Shown: positions 50,985 through 62,866 of the stretch, piece after piece
Position numbering within the stretch: the stretch's first letter is position 1
How the letters are laid out: the number at the start of each line of letters is the position of its first letter
IMG/VR virus record: IMGVR_UViG_3300028591_000158
Location: 21,044-85,043 of that record
DNA from: a virus
Taxonomy: Duplodnaviria > Caudoviricetes
DNA length: 64,000 nt
Direction: 5' to 3' (one strand)
Notes under the pieces: model-generated
What the model was told of the DNA's origin: nothing
Database searches by the model: none
Seen by the model: the letters and a program-made list of their open reading frames with translations, nothing else
Program-made: the position numbers and the translations under genes

Positions 50985-52863
50985 ATGGCAATTCAAATTA
51001 ATAAAGATACTAAAATATTAATACTTGTGGAGTCTCCCTAACAAGGTAAAAACTGTCCAATCTATTGTAAAAAAACTGGGTTATACTAAAACAATGGTTG
51101 CTGCAACAATAGGACATACAACTAGAATTAAAGATAATAAAAACAGCTATAAAAACTCAGGAATTCATCCAGATAATAATTTTAAAATTGACTGAGAAGT
51201 ATCACCTGATAAACAAAAAGTTATTGAAGAGTTAAAAGCTAAAGCAAAAGCTGTTGATTTAGTCCTAATTGCATCAGACCCCGATAGAGAGGGAGAATGT
51301 TTAGGTAATCAAGTCAAAAATGTATTAAAATTAAAAGATAGTCAATACTATAGAATTACTTATCATAGTGTAACTGAGACAGATATTAAAAAAGCACTTG
51401 AAAATCCAACAAAAATGAATTTAAAATTATGTGAAGCTGCCGAATCTCGTGCAGCAGTAGATAAACTTGTTGGTTATTCATTAAGTCCAATTGCTAGAAT
51501 GTATATTGGAGCAAAATCTGTTGGCAGATGTCAGTCAGCAGGGCTTAAATTAGTTGCAGATCGTGAAAAAGAGATAATTGATTTTAAACCAGAACAATAT
51601 TTTGATATTTATTTAAAATTTAGTAAGAATAATGCTAATTTTAAAGCAAAATATATTGGTACTGATAAAGAAAAAATTGATCATTTAAAAAATATAGATG
51701 ATGTTAATGCAGTTAAAATTGGTTGTGCTAAAAGTAAATTTATTGTAAAAGATGTTACTAAAAAAGAGAGACAAGAAAGTCCAAAGCCACCATTTTCTAC
51801 TATTACATTTCAACAAGAGGCAGCTAGTAAACTAAATTTAAAAATAAAAGATGCTATGTCATGTGCTCAAAAGTTATTTGAAGGTATAAATGTTAATGGT
51901 GAACATATCGGTTTAATAACTTATCACAGAACAGACTCAACTGATCTTGCAGAAGACTTTATACCAGTCTTAAAGAATTATATAACTGATACCTATGGTC
52001 AAAAATCTTTTGTAACACCTAGAATTGGTAAAAAAACTGGTGATGAACAAGAAGGACATGAGGCATTAAGAGTTGTAGACCCAAGCATGACTCCAGAAAA
52101 GCTTGCACAGTATTTACCAAATGATTTATATATAAAAGTATATAAGCTAATTTGGCAAAGAACTATTGCTTCAGCTCTTCCTAATGCTGTTTTCTCTGAA
52201 ACTATATATACTATATATAATAACATTTATAAATTTAGTATGACCTCAAATGAGCTAGTTTCAGCTGGTTTTAAGACTGTTTATAATTATTCAGACGATC
52301 AAGATGATGAAAATCAAGTTGTAAAAGAAAGCTTCAAAGAAAATGAAGAATTGCAAAATACTTTACTTGAAGATATTTCAAAAACAACTACACCACCTGC
52401 AAGATATACTGAAGCTAGCCTAGTTAATGCACTAAAAAAATATGGTATAGGTAGACCTTCTACTTTTGCTACAATAGTTGAAACAGTTCTAAGCCCAGTA
52501 AGAAACTATGCTACCTTAGATGGCAAGTCTATTGTACCAACAGATAAAGGAATGCAGCTTGCAGCATTTTTAGATAGATCATTTTCTAATATAATAAATT
52601 TAAACTATACAAAACAAATGGAAGATTCACTTGATGCTATTGCTAATGGTAAATTAGATCATCTTGAGTTCTTAAATGGCTTTTTTAAGGATTTAACAAC
52701 TACTATAAGCAATAATACAGAAACTGGCTTTGCAGAGACAGTAGCCCCTAAAAAGTGTCCTAAATGTGGAAGTGATTTAGTGGTTAGACGTAGTCGCTTT
52801 GGAACCCTATTTAGAGGCTGTAGTGGCTATCCTAAGTGTAATTACACAGAATCAGTTGAATAA
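50985..52863 (+). CDS. topA: Type IA DNA topoisomerase, needs a +1 frameshift at CCC-TAA (51036-51041)
   Basis: 0-frame ILILVESP*. +1 frame NKVKT..., GH, ASDPDREGE, SVGRCQS, ITYHRTDS, HEALR, GIGRPST, C-terminal zinc ribbon. Confidence 0.93.
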
Positions 52864-52933
52864 TAAGCTAAATTAAGTAAGAATGAGAAATTTTTCCTAC
52901 TTAATTTTTTATTTTTAAAGGAGTATTAATGCT

Positions 52934-54127
52934 ATGCTATTGCCATCTGCGTATTTTGAAAACAATAGTTATTATAATAGCTATAAAATACTAATTAATA
53001 CAGCATTTGATTTAACCGTTCCAGTTGAAAAGCATCATATGATACCAGTATGTTACTATAAACAATTGTACCAGTGTAAAACACGAAAACAAGCGGAGAA
53101 ATATGCAAATAGTGATCCAGCTAATAAGCTAGTTGATTTGCCATTACCTCAGCATATTCTTGCACATTATTATTTGTGTAATTGCTGCATCAATAAAGAA
53201 CTAAAAGCTAGATTAATTAATGCTTTTTTAATGCTAGCCTCATTTAAACATAAATATACCTATTACTTATCAAAAAAAGATTCTGAGTTACTCAATGAAT
53301 TCAAGACCTACTGTGAAAAAAAATTACAAAATATTTACGGAAAGAAAGTAATATGTATTGAAACAGGTATTGAGTATGTAAATATATGTGCTGCTAATGA
53401 AGCTATGGGAAAAAATCGTTATAACTATACAGGTATTCATAATGTATGTTATAAAATTGATAACCAACAAACAGCATGTGGCTATCATTGATGTTTTAGT
53501 GATAATATACAAGCTGTGGCAGATTTAAAAAAATTATATTTTAAACAAAATCCAGTAAAGCTTAAAAATCAAGCAAAGCAAATATTTTGTCCTGAAACTG
53601 GCTTAATTTTTAGATCAGCTTATGAGGCAAGTATTAAAATGGGTGTGTATAGAGATGCTATTTTAGCTTGTTGTAAACACTATTGAAAAACAATAAATAC
53701 TTTTCATTTTTGTTTTTTAGAGGATAAAGATAAATTTAAGCCATTATCCAAACCAGTACGAAAACTAACAGCAGCTCAAAAACAATATATTGGGCAAAAA
53801 ACTAAAGAGGCTATGTCAAAGCTTACTGATGAACAAAAAGCTGCTATGAAACTTAAAGTATATCAAAGCTGACAACTCAAAGATGCGCACTACTATAATA
53901 ATGGTATTGAGGAGATAAGAGCTAAAGTATGCCCTGAAGGCTGAATGCCCGGTAGACTGGCTAAATATAAAACAAAAGGAAAACAAATTATTTGTATAGA
54001 ACTTAATCAAGTTTTTAGCTCAATTGTAGAAGCGAGTAAAACACTAAATATTAGCCATGGCAGTATCTCAAATTGTTTAAGCTGTAAAAGTAAAACTGCT
54101 GGTGGATATCATTGAAAATATTATTAG
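52934..54127 (+). mobile_element. Free-standing HNH homing endonuclease with repeated NUMOD1/IENR1-type modules
   Basis: EKHHMIP...L...H..AH, three V/I.C.E(T/L) modules and TA.GYHW endings. Several TGA read as Trp. Confidence 0.8.
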
Positions 54128-54224
54128 TATTGAAAACTTTAATTAAACATAAAAATTACTTATTACACTAATTAATCGCTAAATTAATTAGTGTTTTAAT
54201 TTATAGAGAATTGGAGGCACCTAT

Positions 54225-54683
54225 ATGAAACAAGATAAGGTCCGAGAAGCTTGACTACATGATGTACTGGTTACATGTGATTTAATGTCTCCTAAAAGAC
54301 CATCAGATTATCAATTTATGTATAATGCTGAAGGATTTAGCTACTATAACAAGCTTAAAAGCTATTGTAAAAAATTAAAGGACTATATATTAGCTCATAA
54401 CTGTAAAAATTGTGAATTAATTGATAGTATACTACAATATTTAACTACAATTAGATTTATAGGTGATATTAGTTATGGTGAACTTAAAAATCTAGCAGAT
54501 TGAAAAAAAGTTGTTTATAATCATAGAAACAACAACTTTACACTAGAGGAAGAAGCAGACACCTTAGCAGAATTCTTTGCAAAAAATGGATTACTATGAA
54601 TTTGTGATAAAAAAGATTATGATAACATAAATTCAACATTTTTTAAAGCATTAAAAAATTATAACTGTATAAAAGTTGTATAA
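54225..54683 (+). CDS. Hypothetical protein
   Basis: RBS GGAGG. 3 internal TGA. Follows a GCTAAATTA motif. Confidence 0.7.
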
Positions 54684-54709
54684 TATATAATAAAGGTAGG
54701 TAAAAATAA

Positions 54710-55795
54710 ATGAGTTTTTATAGACTAGATGATAAAGAACAAGCAATTATTTATTTTATTTTTAATTACGGTGGTGTTAATGGATGGCAAAAAGATCTAT
54801 TACAAGACCTTAGAAACTTAAAAAATTTTTCCGGGTGAGAAACTATTGCACCAGAAATTATCAATTACATAAAAGTAAGAAGCTTAGATGTTCGTATTGT
54901 TAATAAATTAGAAACTGATATTGAAAAAGAAAGACCTCAAATTGTATTTCCATTAGATTTTAAAGGTCAAGGTGCAAATGCAGCCATAACAGCTGCTGCT
55001 ACAGGAAACTTTAATACACCAACTGCTGCAGATGTATTTGAGGCAGTTGTTAAATTTTGTGTAAATAAACAATTATATTGGGATGACTGTAATAAAAATT
55101 TAACAGTTTATGAAGTAAATGCTTTCTATGACACAACATTTGGACACATTGTTACAAATTTAAATGGTTTTACGTCTCAACCAGAACCATGGGAAGATAG
55201 TACTACAACAAGTACTACAACTAATACTCAGGCTGCTCCTAAAACTAGGGCACCTAAAACAGCTAATCCAAATGGGCCAGTTAAAGATTATAAGTCATTA
55301 GGACCTCTTGCAACAAAATGTAGAGATGTTAAAGATACTACAGTAATAGTAATTAATAGACCTATGTATAAAATTTCTGGAGTAAAAGGTACAAATAAAT
55401 CAGAAGTTAATGCCTATATAAAACCAGTACTAGTTGGTGACTATGGACGTGGCGGTGATAGTAGTTCTACTAATAAATTGCTTTTTGGATCTGCCAAAGG
55501 CTATGGCTACTGTACTTGTTTATGGAGCAGTGTATCCGATGCAGATGCTGCACTAAAATACTTACAAGATAATAATAGAATTCCATCAGATGTAACAAAT
55601 GTGCAAGTATGCAGCACTAATAATCAACATAGATTTATTAAAATAGGAACTGAAACTGGAGACTGCTATATTTCTGCAGGCAAAATTAACGAAGCATTAG
55701 GTGAAGAATTTGAAGAAGATCTTAACACTGAAGAAGTGTATGATAAATATAGTGAAATTTCACCAGAATTTTTTGAAGAAGTACTAAAAGACTAA
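54710..55795 (+). CDS. Two-domain hypothetical protein with Thr/Pro linker
   Basis: RBS AGGTAGG. In frame with track ORF 55364 through one TGA. Confidence 0.7.
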
Positions 55796-55813
55796 TAAGG
55801 AGAAGAGCTTAAA

Positions 55814-57370
55814 ATGAAAATTGTTAAAAAAACTAATTTATTAAATGAATCAGTAAAAAAATTAATTGAAGCTGACGAAGAAGCACCAAAAGCTGAGGCA
55901 GGTGCAGAAGATGTTGGTGTAATTGAAGATCCAGAAACAGCTTCTACAAGTGAAATTGCAGATGAAATTAAAGATACTGTAGAAGTTGCAACTGACGGTC
56001 AAGAAACAGTCAGTGATAAAGCAGCTGTAGAAGTTGCTAAAGAAGCTGAGGAAATTAGTGATAAAATTGCTGCTGATACAACAATAATTGCAGAACCATT
56101 TAAGTTAGAAAAGAAAGAAAGAGAACAAACTTATATCTTAAATAATAGAATAACTAGATATTTAAATAGAGCTTGGCGTGAAGCAAAAAGAGGACAAACT
56201 GATGAGTTTGGTGAAGAATCATATGCTTATCCTAATGTATTAATAGTAGGACTTCCAGGATCTGGTAAGACTGCAATTGTTAATAACTGGGCAAGATCTG
56301 TTGGTGCTAATTTAGTATTCTTAGATGCTAAGAATGATGATTTAAAAGCTATGATAAATGGTTATGTTATTCAAGACCCAGATAGAAAATTAACAGTTAC
56401 AAAAGCTGCTTCTGGTGCTTTAGATGATCTAGAAAAACCAAATTCTATACTATTCTTAGATGAATTTAACCGTCAAACAAACCAAGCAATAAGAGGATCA
56501 GTACTTTCATTAATTCAAGACCATACAATTTTAGGTAGAAATAATGAACCTATCAAATTCCCTAACTTCTTATTTACAATTGTCTGTACAAACCCAATTG
56601 CACGTACAGATAAAGGTGCATCTCCTTTCTTTGGAGCTGAATTAAACCGTTTTAAACATCAACTTTTTGATGAAGACTCAGATCCAAAAGTTACAGAGGA
56701 ATACTTTGAAGCAAGATGGGCAAAAGGTCCAAACAGTGTAGTAAAAAGAATTATTGATTATGTAAACAAAAAATATAATGGTAAGTTTACTGACGAAGCT
56801 ATAGCCGGCATTGAGCTAGCTTTAAGAAGATATGATTTAGGTAAGTTTATATTAAACCATGATGACTTTAAATATGATAATTTTGATGAGTATGAAGAAG
56901 CTACTGCTGAACAAAGAAACTTATTCTCTCAACGTCAATTAACAACTGAAATTGAAGGATTAGATGGTCGTATCAAAAATAGTGATGGTAGCTGGACTTT
57001 TGATGCACAAGCAATGGTAGATGATTTCTTAGATGATCTAGCAACTAATAACGGAAAGAGATCAACTGCTAACTTACTTGACACAACAACTGATATGCTA
57101 ATTACTATCTTAAATGATTATAATATTCCATCAAGAGACTACTTATTTAGTCATAGTAACTATCCTGAAGTAAAGAATTTAATTGATCTTAGCTCAGGTG
57201 GAAATAATAATGCAGGTGGAAATAATAACAATGCGCCAGAAACAACTGGTCCTGATGCAGAAGAGAATGAATCAGATTGGAATAACAAAACACCTAAAAA
57301 ACAGTCAGCACAAAATGATGATTGGGACGAAACAACATTAGATAATTCTATTAATCAATGGTTTAATTAA
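55814..57370 (+). CDS. MoxR/dynein-related AAA+ ATPase with acidic N-terminal extension
   Basis: VLIVGLPGSGKT, LFLDEFNR, LSLIQDH, CTNP, AELNRF. Confidence 0.88.
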   Translation: MKIVKKTNLLNESVKKLIEADEEAPKAEAGAEDVGVIEDPETASTSEIADEIKDTVEVATDGQETVSDKAAVEVAKEAEEISDKIAADTTIIAEPFKLEKKEREQTYILNNRITRYLNRAWREAKRGQTDEFGEESYAYPNVLIVGLPGSGKTAIVNNWARSVGANLVFLDAKNDDLKAMINGYVIQDPDRKLTVTKAASGALDDLEKPNSILFLDEFNRQTNQAIRGSVLSLIQDHTILGRNNEPIKFPNFLFTIVCTNPIARTDKGASPFFGAELNRFKHQLFDEDSDPKVTEEYFEARWAKGPNSVVKRIIDYVNKKYNGKFTDEAIAGIELALRRYDLGKFILNHDDFKYDNFDEYEEATAEQRNLFSQRQLTTEIEGLDGRIKNSDGSWTFDAQAMVDDFLDDLATNNGKRSTANLLDTTTDMLITILNDYNIPSRDYLFSHSNYPEVKNLIDLSSGGNNNAGGNNNNAPETTGPDAEENESDWNNKTPKKQSAQNDDWDETTLDNSINQWFN

Positions 57371-57412
57371 TAATCATTATATAATGTAAATAATTTATAA
57401 GGAGATTATATA

Positions 57413-58669
57413 ATGTTAACTTTTGAAAATTTTTTATTAAAAAATAATAGTCAATTAACTGAAGCTAACAATTATTATAGAGACGACAATATAGTAACTG
57501 GGGTAGAAAATAGATTCAAAAAGGATCTCTCTACCCTTTTAGCTAAACAAGGTTATAATAGATACAAAAAGCGTTTAGAAGCTTTTAATATTAGAATTTT
57601 GTTTCCAGGAGACCCTGAATTTGATCAAATTACAACTGCTGCTATATCATTTGATGATATGACAATATATGTAAATGCTGGAATGCTTAACCTAGATTAT
57701 TATAAAAAACATGGTAATTTTAAAGAATTCGGTGATATTAATAAGGGACAATACAATTTTGAACAAATGAGTATGTTAATTAGACATGAGTTATCTCACA
57801 ACTTATTAATGCATCAGATAAGAATGATTAAAAAATTATCTGATAAGTTTCCAGAATTAAAGTTAAGGACAAGTTCTAGCTTACATAAGTTATTAAATAT
57901 TTTAGAGGACTTTGAAATATCTAATAAAAGATATACTGATAAAGATAAAGAGCTTGTTAGACATACTTACTTAAATGGCTGTTTTATTTCCGGTCTTGTT
58001 ACTGAAGATCATAGAGGTGACTGAGCAAAAATGTCACTTGAAGATATGTATGATGCAATTAAAGCTGAAATATATGATATTGAGAATGTTAATTCTAAAG
58101 CTAATAAGTTTAAAAGTGGATATGGACCTTATGGTGCTTTAGGAAAAGATTCCGATTGGTGAGGAAAACCTGATTATAATGCCGTATTAACTCAAGCTTC
58201 AACTGAAGTAAATGCATATAAAAATAAGATGGATGAATCAAGTATTTACGATTTTAATGAGCTAAACCAAACTATTAACTATGTAAAATCAATAAATCCT
58301 GAGTTAGGTAAATCATTTGAAACAATTGCTAATAGCCTAAAAGCAACAATTGTAGATGATAAAAATACAGCTTATACACAACAAGATATTGAAAAATTCA
58401 TTACAGCTGTTCAAGACTCTGCTTTTGATGAAACAGTTGACTTAATAAATAATAATACTGGTGAAGTTATATGTGAACATATTACAACACCAGAAGAAAA
58501 AATGTTTACAATAGAAGTATTAAATTTAATACTTGGAAAAACTCCATATAATAATGATTATAAAATATGGAAAGAGCAAATTGAAAAACATATTGATCCA
58601 CAAGAATTTAGTGAAGATGAATTAAAAGAATTAATTGATATTGTTAGTAAGAATGCAAGTTCTAATTAG
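57413..58669 (+). CDS. HExxH metallopeptidase-like protein (DUF2201 N-terminal type)
   Basis: TAA...D..IYVN, IRHELSH.L..H, NI.EDFEI. Joined to track ORF 58229 through TGA. Confidence 0.75.
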
Positions 58670-58681
58670 GTGGTGACTAAA

Positions 58682-60709
58682 ATGACTGTTAAAAAGAAAA
58701 AAATTAATCTAAATACAAATGTATTATTAGAAGATAGACAAGATGATACAGCTAAAGTATTTGGTATGGATATAGCTGTTAAAGGTAATAAGCTAAGTAA
58801 AGAAGAACAAACTTTAGATGAGCTAAAAAGAAGAATCACTACCCTTAGAAGAGCTGCTCGTGCTGCAGAAAGCGGCGCAAGTAGTGCAAAGGCAGCTAAT
58901 AATAGAACTGATGCAAAAAATTTAATTGAATTAAGTGATAAGCTTAATGCCTGGGCTAATTCTATTGAAGCAGAACTAAAACAGGAAGAAACTAATAATT
59001 TAATTAATAAAATTAATAATAATAATGATAATGAATCTGATGATGAGGCTGGTTCAAAAGACAAAGAGTCTGACAATAAGAATAAACCTAGCGATAACCA
59101 AGGTCAAGAAAATTCAGACCAATCAAATCAGTCTCAAAATGCACAAAGCAACGGTAACCAAACACAAAGCAATAGTAACCAAAATTCAAACTCATCAAAT
59201 TCAAACTCATCAAACTCTGATAATAAAGCACAAGATCAATCAGATGAAAACTCAACTGACGGCCAAGCAAATAGTCAAACGGGTGGAACTAGCGGTACTG
59301 CCCAAACTAATAGTGGACAACATGATAATAGTAGTTCTGATGAGAGTGGCTCTGACCAATCTCAACAAGATGATGGTCAAGGCGGCAATAGCCAACAAGA
59401 TCAAAATAATCAAGACAATAGTTCTAATAAAGAGAACTCTAATAATAAAAATAACGGACAAGATAATAACCAAAATAACCAACAATCTACTAATGGTAAA
59501 AATGGTAATGATGATGATAAGAAAAATCAACAACAAAATTCTAACCCTAAGATTGATCCAATAAAAAATCCATTTGATAAGCTTCCTAGAAGTGTCAAAC
59601 CACTAACAAATAGTGAGCAAAAGAAAGTTGATGCAATAAAGCAAAATAAAACACAAACAAAAGAAGAAAAACTTGAATCAATTAAACAAGTGCTTAGTAA
59701 ATTAGCAAGAGGCGAAGCTGATGGTGCATTAGCTGGCTTACAAGAAATTTTAAAGCAAAAACAAGCTTCATCAGGCAATCAAACTACTGAATCTTTATTA
59801 CAAGAAGCTTCTATGTCAACTACTTTGGTTAATAGTATTTTAAAAGAAGTAGAAAGAAATATTAATAAAACTTCTAGTCAAGTAAAAGAAGATTCTTTTG
59901 ATGGAATTATTAATGATATTTATAAAGCAATACAAACAATTGCTCCTGGTGGTTTTATACAATCACAAAGCTTAGAAGATAGAAAAGATATGTTAACTCA
60001 AATTGACTCTGACCCCGAAAATAATGTTGAAAATGATTATATTGATTTAGGCAAAAAGCAGCATACTGAAATTGAAACTGGTGTTGTTAGACCTCGTGAA
60101 GGTAAGGCTGTAAATTTACCTAAAATGGGTGCTTTTGAAAAAGCTTTATTAAAAGCTGCTCAATTAGATGCTATTGAAGTTGATGTTCAAAAACAAACTT
60201 GGGAAAAGCCAAATAGACATCACACAAATGATGGTATATTAGCAAAAGCAACTTACTGGGATAAGGAAGAAGAACCAGATATTCCAGTATATGCAGTTTT
60301 TATGGATTGTTCATCCTCATTTAGTGGCTATGATATTGATAGAGAGCTGGCAATTATTAATAAGCTTGAAAAATATCAAGAAGATGGTGTATTAAAATTA
60401 CAAAAAACTTACTTCTCAGATCATCTTTTTGATAACTACAAGGAAGCTAGAGCTGAAGGCGGAACTACTGCAGGTCCAGCTATTTATGATTGAGTTAGAC
60501 AAAATCAACCAGCTAATTTAATTATAATAACAGATAGTGACTTAGATGCTTTAATGGGAAACAAATCTTGGCCAAATCAAGTTCAATTAGAGTCAGCTCC
60601 TACCCTAAGACTTGAGGGAAATGTTTGGTTTATCTGGAAGGAAACAAGTTCTCCAAAATTTATGAAAAAATTTGCAGGTAAACGTGGCAATAATCAATAT
60701 GCAATGTAA
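58682..60709 (+). CDS. vWA-domain protein with long Asn/Ser/Gln low-complexity linker (CobT/DUF2201 C-terminal-like)
   Basis: MIDAS-like VFMDCSSSF, GGT..GP, IIITDSD. Stop TAA 60707-60709. Confidence 0.8.
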
Positions 60710-60726
60710 ATAGCGAGGTATTAAAG

Positions 60727-61275
60727 ATGAAAATTAATAAAAATATTAAACTAAATGAAAGTAAAGAAAAAATTACAACTTCAGTTGTAACTGATTTAAT
60801 CAGTAGAGCTTGGGAAGAAATTGGACTTGTTAAAGCTAATATTGAGCAATTAGGAAAAGCTTATTCAAATACATCTAAACTAGTAGATATTTTTGAAGAA
60901 TTATTAGACTCATATTTAATCTATGTTGGTCAATTAGAAGCATTTTTAACTGATAATAACTTAGTTGAATACCCTGAAGAAAATAATGCGATTAACGAGC
61001 AATTAAGCTTAAATGAAGACACTTATAGCAAAACAATTATTGAAAGAAAGCCAATTGATTTGCCTAATAAAGAAGTTGAGTTAGATGTTGAGCTTGAAGA
61101 ACAAAAAAATTCAGTAGCAGAAAACTCAATTGAGGATTTATTAGATGCTGATAATAGTCTAGAAGATACAAAAGAACCAGAGATAAGAGAACAAGCTGAC
61201 TTTTTTGTAGATTTTGATGAACCAGACCTATCCGAACCAAAATTAACTGATGCAGATATTTATGGCAGTAAGTAA
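60727..61275 (+). CDS. Acidic hypothetical protein
   Basis: RBS GAGGT, intact ORF. Confidence 0.75.
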   Translation: MKINKNIKLNESKEKITTSVVTDLISRAWEEIGLVKANIEQLGKAYSNTSKLVDIFEELLDSYLIYVGQLEAFLTDNNLVEYPEENNAINEQLSLNEDTYSKTIIERKPIDLPNKEVELDVELEEQKNSVAENSIEDLLDADNSLEDTKEPEIREQADFFVDFDEPDLSEPKLTDADIYGSK

Positions 61276-61293
61276 TTTAATTAAATAATAGAT

Positions 61294-61318
61294 AGACCTC
61301 ATTTTTGAGGTCTTTTTT
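61294..61318 (+). terminator. Rho-independent terminator
   Basis: AGACCTCA/TGAGGTCT plus T-tract. Confidence 0.75.
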
Positions 61319-61416
61319 AATTTATTTGCTAAATTATTTGATATGTAGTTTCAGGCTTATCCTTTCACTGATAACTACATATCTTGTTTAAAAAAATAAA
61401 CAGGAGATTAACAACT

Positions 61417-62835
61417 ATGGCAAATAAAAAGAAAAAAAGAAAAACATATTATAACTCAATAACATATTTAACTGGTTGTCCAGGATTAAATATGAAGAGA
61501 TTTAATCAAGAACTTGGCTTATGCGAAAAAGACAAGGATAAAGAAACAAATAAAGACGTTGCCAATGAGATAAATAATGAACTTGCTGATGCAGCTACTA
61601 CTGCAGCTACTAATGATGCAATTGATACCGATACTACAAGTTCAGATATTATTAGTGGTGATTCAACTGGTGCAGATACAGCTGGTGCTGGTGGTGCCGC
61701 TGATAATGGAGCAACTGTTGCAGGAGATGCTGGTGATGCTAGTAGCACAGGAGGACTTGGCGAAAGCTTATTAACTGAAGCCGATGAACCAGAAAAGGCT
61801 GAAAACGAAAACGAAGAAGAAACTGAAAAAGAAATGCCTAAAAAAGCATTTACTAGTACTGCTAATAAACGTGAAGTTAAAAGATATTATCTAAGACCTC
61901 AAAATATTTTCTGTGCAAATAAAAAAGAAATAGTTCAAGCTTTAGTTGAGTTAGGTAATACTAATAACTGTTCTATCTATACATTAAATAATCTTCCTGA
62001 TGATGATAAAGATGTTCATAAATTAACTAATAGAGATATTATTTATTATTATGATGATGGTATTCTTTATGATAAAAATCATGTTAAAGTAATGGACTAT
62101 GATTTATTTATTAGAAAAGAAGAACAACGTAAAAGATTCCCAGGCGGAGTTGACTCTGTTTCTGATCAAGAATTTAATAGAGTATATCAAGATAGAGTTA
62201 CAGAAAGCTTAGTTGATAACCCATTTAACTTAAACTTTGATTCATACAATGCTTATGGTGAAAAGTTAGTAGAAGGTAAGGTAGCAGATAATATTTGTTG
62301 TATTTGTGGTGAACCTTATGAAGGATATGGCAATAATGCTGAGCCTTATGCAGATGGTTATTGTTGCGATTCTTGTAATATTCATTTTGTAATACCTGCA
62401 AGACTTAGTGCATTACACCAAGATGATGAAGAAAATATATCTGAGGGTGTTGTAAAACAAGGTAAAAAATGGGCAAATAAAGGAGACTCAGGAGAGGTCC
62501 ATGGCACATTTAGAACTAAAAAAGAAGCAGATGCACAAAGAAAAGCAATGTTTGCAAATGGCTTTAAAGAGTCATTAAATGAAGAAGAAGAAATTCCAGC
62601 TGAATTTAATGATCAAATGGATTACTTATCAGCTGATGAAGAAGAAGCAATTAATGCTTATGCTGCTGTAATTAATAAAGTAGATGATGAACATGTTAAA
62701 GATCAATTAACAAAGATAGAAACTGAAGAAAAAGCTCATAAAGACTATCTCGAAAAAGTAAAAGATGATAAAACAATTGATTATGTTGAACCATTAGAAG
62801 ATGAAGATTCAAAATTAACAATGGAAGAAGAATAA
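61417..62835 (+). CDS. Multi-module acidic protein (low-complexity linker, Cys4 zinc finger, ferritin-like C-terminal helices), probable head-associated
   Basis: CCICG..YEGYGNNAEP..DG.CCDSCN, GTF.TKKEA..Q.KA, DEEEAINAY...EEKAH. Confidence 0.65.
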   Translation: MANKKKKRKTYYNSITYLTGCPGLNMKRFNQELGLCEKDKDKETNKDVANEINNELADAATTAATNDAIDTDTTSSDIISGDSTGADTAGAGGAADNGATVAGDAGDASSTGGLGESLLTEADEPEKAENENEEETEKEMPKKAFTSTANKREVKRYYLRPQNIFCANKKEIVQALVELGNTNNCSIYTLNNLPDDDKDVHKLTNRDIIYYYDDGILYDKNHVKVMDYDLFIRKEEQRKRFPGGVDSVSDQEFNRVYQDRVTESLVDNPFNLNFDSYNAYGEKLVEGKVADNICCICGEPYEGYGNNAEPYADGYCCDSCNIHFVIPARLSALHQDDEENISEGVVKQGKKWANKGDSGEVHGTFRTKKEADAQRKAMFANGFKESLNEEEEIPAEFNDQMDYLSADEEEAINAYAAVINKVDDEHVKDQLTKIETEEKAHKDYLEKVKDDKTIDYVEPLEDEDSKLTMEEE

Positions 62836-62866
62836 TAGTTAGATTAATAAACAAGGAGCTGATAGT

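Noticed and set aside
26376-53000. Bacterial chromosome origin for the dnaN/dnaX/holA/holB/recA/topA/rpsU/def set
   Set aside because: Gene order, strong divergence, single-strand packing, homing endonucleases, holin and virion genes, and absence of housekeeping operons indicate a phage.
59010-59560. Low-complexity repeats as a separate repeat element or array
   Set aside because: They encode an in-frame Asn/Ser/Gln linker of the vWA protein. The same applies to the Pro/Gln tail of SSB (30600-30740).
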